DNA of 64,000 nt from Camelus dromedarius. Its lineage: Eukaryota. The translations under genes were made by a program, and so were the position numbers. Location: assembly GCF_036321535.1 (NCBI RefSeq), contig NC_087447.1, forward strand, positions 32,800,001-32,864,000. The letters run 5' to 3'. The notes under the pieces are model-generated. The model was not told the origin of the DNA. It saw only the letters and a program-made list of their open reading frames with translations, and searched no databases. Of this stretch, positions 54,291-64,000 are shown one piece after another; the stretch's first letter is position 1, and every line of letters begins with the position of its first letter.

Positions 54291-55039
54291 ATTCTTCTTT
54301 AAATGTTTGGTAAAATTGACCAGGGAAACTCTCTAGTCCTGGGCTTTTCTTCATTGGGAAATTTTGTAAACTATTGATTCAGTTTTAGCAACTTATTTGT
54401 TACAAAAAATTTTTTTTGCATTTCTTCTAGGTTTTTCCATTTGTTGGAGTAAAGTTGTTCATAGCATCTTATGGTCCTTGGAATTTCTGTACTGTCAATC
54501 AGTTGCAATGTTTCCTTTTTCATTTACACTTTTGATGATTTGTGTCTTTTCAAAGCAGCAACTCAATTTGGTTAATCTGTCCTATTTTCTGCTCTAATCT
54601 TTATTAACTGTCAAGAAAATAGTTTTTAATAATGAAAATATCACAGGTAGCTCTATTAATTCAATAAGAATGTCATTAGAAAACTTCAGCTCACTGAGCA
54701 CAACCACCATAGAATCCAGATTTGGGAAGACAATTGAGCCCAGTGATGGTGAGTAATCCTACTGGCCATAGGTTTATGGGGGGTCATATCCAGAGCTTGC
54801 TCTCAATGGCAGCTGGGGTGGTGAGAACAATTCCTACTTAAATGACAAAGCAGTATTTTCATACACTTTTGCCATAGAAGCTAAAAGCTTTGATGCAGTT
54901 TTATAATGCAATTGCAGCTATAAACAATGAGTACTGTAACATGAAATTTGCTGTTTTTATTATTACACATTTTAGACTGGATAAAGAGGTGGAGGCAGTT
55001 TTCCTTCTATACTAGCATAAATTTGACTGAAAACCCCAG

Positions 55040-57390
55040 AAACCATCTATAAACCTTTTAGCCAGACTGATCAACTGAAAAAGGGACACAAGACATGAAC
55101 AACCAACTACCTGTGATGACATTAAAACTCCCAAACTCCCAAGAAACTAAACTTCAGGACCAGATGGCTTCACATGTGAATTCGACCATTTAGTTAATAC
55201 CTATCCTTCTGAAACTTTCCAAAAAACTGCAGAAGGAACATTCATACACATTCTATGAGGCCAGCATCACACCAGATGAAGGTATTGAAAAGAACAGGCA
55301 AGTATCACTGATGAACATATATGCAAAATACCCAATAAAATATTAGCAAACAAAGGCTCATATGCCATAACCAAATAGAATTTATCCAAGGAATTTGCAA
55401 TATCTAAAAATCAATCACTGTGAGAAGAGCACGTTAACAAATTGAAGAATATAATAGATTAGATGTAGGAAAAGCTTTTGATAAAGTTCAACATCCAATT
55501 ATAAAAAAGCTCTCCAGAAAGTGGGCATAAAGGAAACGTATCTCAAAACAATGAAGGCCATATATGACAAACCCACAGCTAACATCATACTCAATGATGA
55601 AACGCTGAAAGCATTGCCTCCAAGACCAGGAACAAGACAGGAATGTTCACTCTCATAATACTGGAAGCCCTAGTCACAGCAGTCAGAGGTGCAAAAGAAA
55701 TAAGTAAAACTGTCACTGTGTGCAGATGACATGATACTTTACACAGAAAATCCTAAAGACCACCAGAAAACTACTAGAGTTCATCAACAAGGTCAGCAAA
55801 GTTACAATTTAATATATAGAAATTTGTTGCATTTCTAGACACTAAGAAAACAATAGCATACCTAGGAATTAACTTACCTAGGGAGGTAAAAGGCCTGTAC
55901 TTGGAAACCTATGACACTGATGAAAGAAACTGAGGCTGACACAAATGAAAATACATACTATATTCTTGGATTTAGAAGAATCAATATTGTTAAAATAACC
56001 ATACTATTCAAGGCAATATACAGATTTGATACAATCCCTATGAAAACACCAATGGCACTTTTCACAGAACTATTTGTACAGAAACAAAAAATACACCAAA
56101 AAGCCAAAGCAATCCTGAGAAAGAAAAGCAGAGCTGGAGGAATCAAGTGAGTCTGGTAGTTGCACAAAAACAGACACACAGATTAATGCAACAGAATGGA
56201 GAGCCTGGAAATAAACCTACACATTTATGGCCAATTGATCTACAACAAAGGAGTCAACAGAATACAATAGAGAAGACAGTCTCTTCAATACATATGAGGA
56301 AAATTGGACAGATACATGTAAAAGAATGAAATTGACATCCTTTAATACCGTATAGGAAAATAAACTCAAAATGGATTAAAGACCTAATGTAAGACTGGAC
56401 ACTACAAAACTCCTAGAGGAAAATATAGGAAGAACATTCTTTGACATGAATCAAAGCAAAACTTTTTTCTGTCTCCTAATGTAAACAAAAGCCAAAATAA
56501 ACAAATGGGATCTCATTAAACTTAAAAGCTTCTGCACAGTAAAGGAAACCTTCGACAAGCTGCAAAGACAACCTATTGAATGTGAAAAGATATTTGCAAG
56601 GGATATAACTGATAAAGGGTTAATATCCAACATTTATCAACAGCTTATATAACTCTGTATCAAACAACTTGATTTAAAATGGGCAGATGAACTGAATACA
56701 TTTTTCCAAAAAGTAAATGCAGGTGGCCAACATGCACGTGAGAAGATGCTTTGCTAATCATCAGGGAAATGCAAATAAATCAAAATCACAATGAGATTTT
56801 TCACCTCACACCTGTCAGGACAGCTATCATCAAAAAGAACACAAATAAATGTTGGTGAGGATGGGGAGAAAAGGGAACCCTCGTACACTGTTGGGAATGT
56901 AAATTGGGACAACCATTGTGGAAAACATGGAGGTTTCTCAAAAAACTAAACCTAGAACTACCATATGACTCACCAATTCCACTACTGGATATATATCCAA
57001 AAAAAACACAGAAACATTACTTCGAAAAGATACATGGACTCCAATGTTTACAGTGGGATTGTTTACAACTGCCCAGGTATATAATAAGCAACTTGAGTGT
57101 CCCTCAACAGATGACTGGTTAAAGATGTGGCATATAAGGATGGGATGGAATACTGCTTGGCCTTAAAAAAGAGTGGAAATTTTGCCATTTGCAGCAACGT
57201 GCACAGACTTGAAAGGCATTACGCTAATTGAAATAAGTCTGACAGAGAAAGACAAATGCTATATGATACCACTTATATGTGGAATCTTGAACATAAAACA
57301 AACCAGTAATTGAAACAAAAGGAATCAGACTCACAGATAAAGAGAACAAACTAGTGGTTACCAGTGGGACAGGGAAGGGGTTAGGGGTAA
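55040..57390 (+). mobile_element. Decayed L1 ORF2 and 3' UTR with many small deletions
   Basis: caggaccagatggcttcac, tgcagatgacatgatac (ADDMI), RINIVKITILFKAIYRF. Confidence 0.92.
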
Positions 57391-57951
57391 TAAAGTTGTA
57401 TTGGAACACAATTTATTTTGTTCAGCCATAAAGCTGAGCACGTGAGACAGAGATCTTATAGTCTGCAACACCTACCTGGCACTTTACGAAGTCTTTTGAT
57501 ACCTGATAAGGAGTATACACTTAGGACTAGTACGCTAGACCTCTCTGTTCTACCTTCTCACATACAAATTTAATAATATTTACAAAATACAAATTTTGCC
57601 TTCAGGTTATAACCTGCAAACTAGTCTTTTTGTCCTCTCTAATTGGCACCTGGGGTAGAAAACCTTTAGCAGTCATTTAATAGAACTGTCTCATTTTAAT
57701 GAAAAGGAACCCAGGTCTGGAGAGAGGGGAAATGACTTTTCCACATCACAAGTTTATAACAAAACAGAAACTAGACCCTAATCTGCAGCTTCATAATAAT
57801 ATTTCTCCACTATACTGCTTCCTTGTATCATGAGGTGGCTGGAGGGTAGGATACAAGGATTTCAGACAAACTCAAGTCATAAGGATTTGTAGGGTAATGG
57901 TTCTCAAAGTGTAGTCCTCTGACCATCAACATTAGAATCTCCAGGGAACTA

Positions 57952-60900
57952 AAGTCGTACCTTGTTTTCTTGGTTTTTGCCTTACTGCACTTAACAGATT
58001 GCATTTTTTAACAAATTGAAGGTTTGGAGCAACTGTGTTTAATGAGTATAATGGATGCTATTTTTCCAACATCACTTGCTCACTTTGTGTCACATTTTGG
58101 CAGTTCTTATGTTTTCAAACTTTTTAATTGTTATTATATTTGTTATGATGATCTGTGATCAGTGATGTTGCTATTGTAATTGTTTTGGGGTGTCACAAAT
58201 TGTGCCTATATAAGATAGTGAACTTAATAAATGTGCATGTTCAGATTGCTCCATCAACCAGCCATTCCCCCATGTCTCTCCTCTGCCTTCTCTGAGACAC
58301 AAAAATGTTGAAATTAGGCCAATTTAGAACCTTCAATGTCCTCTAAGCACTCAAATTAAAGGAAGAGTTGTACATTTCTTTAAATCTAAAGCTAGAAATG
58401 TTTATGGTTAGTAAGGAAGGCATGTCGTGTTGAAAGCCAAGATGGAGAAAAGACAGTCTCTTCAATAAGTGGTGCTAGGAAAACTGGACAACTACCTATG
58501 AAAGACTGAAATTAGAACATTCTCTATCACCATATTCAAAAGTAAACTCAAACTGGATTAAAGACCTAAATGTAAGACCGCATACTCTTGAACTCCTAGA
58601 GGAAAGCATAGGCAGAACCCTCTTGGACATGCATCACAGCAATGTATCTGAACCAGCTTCTACAGTAATGGAAATAAAAGCAAAAATAAACAAATGGTAT
58701 CTAATAATTAAAGTTAAAAGCTTTTGCATAGCTAAGGATACCATCAAAAAATGAAAAGGCAACCTACAGAATAGAAGAAAATATTTTCAAACGATGCAAC
58801 CAAGAAGTGACTAATTTCCAAACTATACAAATAGCTCATACAACTTAAAATCAAAGAAACAGACAACCCAATCAAAGAATGGGCAGGAGACCTAAATTGA
58901 CATCAAGGAAGATATACAGTTGGTCAACAAGAACATGAAAAGATGCTCAACATCACTAATTGTTAAATGCAAATCAAAATTATAATGAGATATCACCTCA
59001 CACCAGTCAGAATGGCCATCATTAAAAAGTCTGCAAATGATAAATGCTGGAGAGGGTGTGGAGAAACGGGAACACTGCTACACTGTTGGTGGGAATATAA
59101 ATTGATGCAGCCACTATGGAGGGCAGTACAGAATTTCCTTAAAAAACTAAAAATAGACTTACCATATGATCCAGCAGTCCCACTCCTGAGCATTCATCTG
59201 GAGAAGAATATAATTCAAAAAGATACATGCACCCCAGTGTTCACAGCAGCACTATTTACAATAGCCAAGACATAGAAACAACTGAAATGTCCACTGACAG
59301 ATGACTGGATAACGAAGTTGTGGGGGGATATATACATTGGAATACTATTCAGCCATAAAAAAGAATGAAGTAATGCCATTTGCAGCAAGGTGGATGGACC
59401 TGGAGATTGTTATCCTAAGTGAAATAAGCCAGAAAGAGAAAGAGAAAGAAAAATGCCATATGATATCACTTATATGTGGAATCTAAAAAAAAAAAAACAC
59501 ACACAAATGAACTTATCTACAAAACATTAACAGCCCCACAGACATAGAGAACAAACTTATGGTTACTAGAGGGTAAAGGGAAGGGATAAATTGGGAATTT
59601 GACAATTGTACCTCTTGGGGAGTGATGGAAATGTTAGTTATCTTAATTGTGGTTTCAAATTGTACATCTGACATGAACCATAACACAAAGGTGTTAAAAA
59701 ATAGTACATAAAACATTCATAAATAAAAAATTTAAAAAGCTAGGCCTCATAATATGCCAATTAGTCAAGAACTCAATGCAAAGGAAAAGTTCTTGAAGGA
59801 AAGTCAAAGTGCTACTCCAGTGAACAGACAAATGATAAGAAAGTGGAGAAAGCTTTCGTGGTCTGGACATAAGATCAGAGCAGCCACTACATTCCCTTAT
59901 GTCAAAGCCTAATCCAGACCAAGGCCCTCACTCGCTTCAGTTCTATGGAGGCTGAGAGAGGTGAGGAAGCTGCAGAAGAAAAGTCTGACGCTAGGAGAGG
60001 TTGGTTCATGAGATGTAAGGAGAGGAGCCATCTTTATAATATATAAGGACAAGGTGATGTAGGAAGTTCTAATGTGGAAGCTCCACCAAGATAATTCATG
60101 AAACAAACAAATACAGTAAGCAACAGATTTTTCAATGTGGACAAAACAGCTTTATGATGAAAGAAGGTGCCTTCTAGGACTTTCATTGCTAGAGAGAAGT
60201 CAATTCCTGACTTTCAAACTTCGAAGGGCAGGTTGATTCTCTTGTTAGTAGCTAATGTAGCTGGTGAGTTGAAGTTGAAGCCGGTGCTCATTTACCATTC
60301 CCAGAATTCTAGGGCCCTTAAGATTTATGCTAAGTCTACTCTGCTTGTGCTCTGTAAATGGAACAGCAAAGCCTGGATGGCAGCACATCTGTTTACAACG
60401 TAGTTTTACTGAATATTTTAAGCCCACTATTGAGACCTGCTGCTCAGAAAAAGAGAATTCATTTCAAAATATCACTGCTCATTGACAATACACATGGTCA
60501 CTGATGGAGATGTATAATGAGATGAACGTTATTTTTGTGCCTGCTAACACAGTATTCATTCTGCAGCCATGAATCAAGGAGCAATTTTGACTTTCAAGTG
60601 TCCTGATTTAAGAAATCCATTTTGTAAGGCTATATAGCTCCATGGCTACTGATTCCTTTGACAGATCCGGGCAAAGGAAACTGAAATCCTTCTGGAAGGG
60701 ATTAACCATTGCAGATTCCATTAAGAACATTCCATGATTCACGGGAAAAGGTCAACATATGAATATTTTCAGGGGTTTTGGGGGTTTGGAAAAAGTTGAT
60801 TCTAACCCTCATAACTTTGAGGGGTTCAAGACTTCAGTGGAGGAAGTAACTGTAGATGGGGTGGAAATAGCAAGACAATGAGAATTAGAACGGGAGCCTG

Positions 60901-61535
60901 AAGTTATGACTGAATTGCTGCAATCTCACAGTAAACCTTTACAAATGAGCAGGTGCTTTGTGTGGATGAGCAAAGAAAGTGGTTTCTTGAGATGGAATCT
61001 ACTTCTGGTGTGAGGATGATGTGAAGATTGTTGAAATGACAACAAGGGTTGCAAATATTCCATACAGCAAGTCTTGAGAAGGTTGACTACAGTTTTGAAA
61101 GAAGTAAAATGCTATTAAGCATCAATGCATGCTACAGAAAAATCATCCCCAAGAGGAACAGTCACTTGATGTGGTAGACTTCATTGTTGTCTTATTTTAA
61201 GAAATTGCCACAGCCACCCTAGCCTTCAGCAACCACTACCCTGATCAGTTAGCAGCCATCAATGTCAAGGCAAGACCCTCCACTGAGCAAAAAGATTATA
61301 ACTAGCCTAAGGGTTAGATTATGGTTAGCAACTTTTAGCAATAAGATATTTAAGATATGTACATTTTTTAGACTTAATGCTATTTATTGCACACTTAATA
61401 GACCCCAGTATAGTGTTAAACACGATTTTCATATGCACTGGGAGACCCCAAAATTCCTGTGACTCACGTCATTGCAATGTTTGCTTTATTGTGGTCATCT
61501 GGAACTGAACCTTCAGTATCTCTGAGGTATGCCCA
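57952..61535 (+). mobile_element. Near full-length Tigger1 (TcMar-pogo) DNA transposon, decayed and interrupted by an L1
   Basis: Degenerate TIRs (aagtcgtaccttg / tgaggtatgccca) flanked by TA. Transposase remnant [12 protein letters not shown]...[18 protein letters not shown] at 60167-60403. Confidence 0.92.
58442..59735 (+). mobile_element. 5'-truncated L1 inserted in Tigger1
   Basis: ORF2 C-terminus [19 protein letters not shown]...[17 protein letters not shown], followed by 3' UTR and aataaaaaa. Tigger1 resumes at aaagctaggcctc. Confidence 0.93.
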
Positions 61536-61889
61536 TAATTATAAATGCAAATTGCTGTGCCCTAATTGAGACCTACTGTACCAGAAAGTATGGGATTAGA
61601 GTCAGTGAGCAAAGTTTCACAAGCCTGCCAGTGGATTCTGGTTCAAGGAACAGTTTAAGAATCACTGATGGAGAAACACAGTGACCGAGTCCTTTGGGAA
61701 ATTAGTATGGCGTGACCCTCAAGCTCCTGCAATGAAAAGGCAAGGTTTGGACCTGCACAGAAACATGAAGTCAGAGGAATGGAGATGGGGCCGCTGCTCT
61801 TTCTAAGGACTCCTCAAGTTTTGAAGGCAGAAGTAAACCTACCAATATGTTTATCCTTAAAAACATACACACACACACACAGGAAACAC

Positions 61890-64000
61890 AGGGGTGGAGC
61901 TCACAATAGAGTAAGAGGATGCTGAACTCATCGACTCCCCCACGAACACATTAAAAATACATCTAATATGTGGAGCAATTCTCAGTGAAAATTAACTGGA
62001 GATTGGCAGAAACAATCTTGTACAACCAAGGCTGTCAGGTTGGAAGGGAAGGGAAGTGATACACCAGTACCTGTGTCAGGACTCAGAATAGGTGGGGGGG
62101 GGGGGTCCTCCCTGGGAGTGAAGGTTAGAGTTGTATTAGGCACCCCAGCTCTGGGGTCTGACACCGGGAATACAAGCCCCTTGACTGGTTGAGGGGCTGA
62201 TGGCACTAACAGGAGGGCTGTGGGAAGCTTAGACTCCATGTATGAGGAACGTGCCTGCTTACTCCTGAAACAGGGTGGAAAGAGTGAATTGAAACTGCAC
62301 TGGGTTCTGGCTGTTCCCCGCAACCACCCCGGTGCATGCCGCCCACTCTGATTCAGTCACCCACTCTGGCCCCACTGGCTTTACGACACAGCTCCACACT
62401 GATGTAAGGGCTCAGTTTTGAGGGACATAACTGGTCCAGACCTGGAACAGCATCTAAACAGGGTTGGTGGAGCATTACTGGTGCTTACAGGGACTGCTTC
62501 AGAAGTGGTCCCAGACACTGCTGCTGGGATGGCCACAGCCTGCACCCCAACCAAGGCTGAGCCTATGCACCAGGCCCACCTGCTCTGTGGTGCAGCTCCA
62601 CACTGCAGTGAGGGCTCCAGCAGTGGAAGGAATATGCTCAGCTGTGAAGGAAAAAGGCAGTTCAGTCCCAGAGCAGGATGTGAGCTGGGTAGGGGCAGCC
62701 ATTTCTGGCACTTAATGGAGGCAGCACAAGTGGTCCTGGACTATGACTGAGGCCAGAGGTGCCACAGCTCATCCCTAGACCCACAGAGGGAACATGCTTC
62801 AGCCCCTCCTGCTCCAGCACTGATCTCCTCTGGGGTGAGGGTGCAGGTGCTGGGAGAGGAGAGAGCACACACAGAGAGGGAATTGAGCTAGCTCATTCTC
62901 GACTGTCAGGGCTTTGCTGGGACCTGATCTGAGCCCTGAGAGAGTGGTGTTGGCCACTGAACCAAGGAGAAGCCTCAGATCACACCTGGCTCTGGCTTTA
63001 ACTTACTTCATCCCCAGCGCCTCCTCCTGCCAAAATGTTAGTTGCCAGCACATCCTGGTGAAAGACATAAGTCATGCTCATGTCAGGTCCAGCTCTCCCA
63101 CCAAAACCACTGGGCACGTGCAGACTGTGTAGGGATGCTCCCACAGAAGGGCACTCCTTCAAAACCCAACTGAAACAAATGTGAATGGTATACCAGATAA
63201 AGAATTCAAAGCACAGTAAGACTGCTAACTGAATTAGGGAAAATCATAGGTGAGCACTGAACATTTTAACAAGGAGCTAGAAAATAAAAAGCCATTCAGA
63301 ATCAACGAATATAATAACATGGAACCCACACTAGAAGGAATTAACAGCAGACTGTAACAGAAGAACTCACAACTGATCTGGAAGGCAGAATAATGGAAAC
63401 CACCCAATCAGAAGAGCAAAAAGAAAACAGCGTTCATAAATTAGAAGAGTTTAAGGGACCTTTGGGCAACACCACATGTTCCAACATTCACATTATAGGG
63501 CTCTCAGAAGGAGAAAAGAGAAAGTGGTTGAAAATGTATTTAATAAAATTATGGCTAAAAACCTTCCAATCCTGAAGCATGAAACAGATATCCAGTACAG
63601 GAAGTGTAAATAGGGCTTCAAACAGATGAACCCAAACAGACCATACCAGGCATATAATTAAAACGGCAAAAGTTAAAAATAAAGCGCTAACTCTAAAGGC
63701 AGCAGGAGAAAAATGAAAAGTCATATACAGGGAAACCACCATAAGGCTATCAGCTGATTTTCCCGTAGAAACTTTAAATACATCATGCACTCCCTCTGGC
63801 CTGCAGAGTGCTGAAGGGGAAGAAATCCTGCAATCCAGGATACTGTGCCCCGCAAGATTATTATTTAGAATAGAAGGAGGGACAAAGAACTTCTAAGACA
63901 GGCAAAAACTAGAAAAATTCATCAACACTAAACCAACCCTAAGTGAAATGTTAATGAGTATTCTCTAAGAGGAAGAGAAAAGGCTTGAACAAGGATTAAG
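61890..64000 (+). mobile_element. L1 5' UTR and decayed ORF1, continuing beyond the window
   Basis: 5' end gagtaagaggatgctgaactca...cacgaacacattaaaaatacatcta, GC-rich UTR, ORF1 remnants METTQSEEQKE...NIHIIGLSEGE and ataaggctatcagctgattt. Confidence 0.9.

Larger units (their letters stand above)
43560..54600 (-). mobile_element. Old host L1 (pieces at about 43560-43851, 46508-47400 and 54291-54600) split by younger L1s
   Basis: Antisense ORF2 sequence resumes collinearly after each nested element: ...gtatctttaattt continues as taatttcttttatcagtg, and ggaagagtttg continues as attcttctttaaatgtttggt. Confidence 0.75.
57895..61667 (+). mobile_element. MER5A-like MITE split by Tigger1 (halves at 57895-57951 and 61536-61667)
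   Basis: tggttctcaaagtgtagtcc...gggaac on the left, aaatgcaaattgc...agacctactg...agtttaagaatcactg on the right. Confidence 0.8.

Noticed and set aside
60167..60403. Transposase ORF as a domesticated TIGD-like gene
   Set aside because: A short fragment within a decayed, L1-interrupted Tigger1 with stops and frameshifts.

Overview
Mammalian genomic DNA, most likely from a camelid, judged from a vic-1-like tRNA-derived SINE and the lineage-type L1 3' ends. It holds the last three coding exons and the 3' UTR of NELL1 on the minus strand (about 29.75-34.4 kb). About 30 kb of downstream intergenic DNA lies to the left. To the right is at least 29.6 kb of one intron, filled almost entirely with L1 elements plus a near full-length Tigger1. 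I found no prokaryote-type system, CRISPR array or intact novel gene, and nearly all ORFs in the track are transposon debris. The most interesting signals are mechanistic footprints readable in the sequence: an L1 3' transduction with two poly(A) tails and a 16-bp TSD, a 202-bp local inverted templated duplication, two four-level nested insertion stacks, a 28-bp L1 insertion with a 14-bp TSD, a 33-bp micro-inversion, and a sense-oriented L1 poly(A) signal about 420 bp upstream of a NELL1 exon. Repeat family names come from recognition by eye, not database searches, and old repeat boundaries are approximate.
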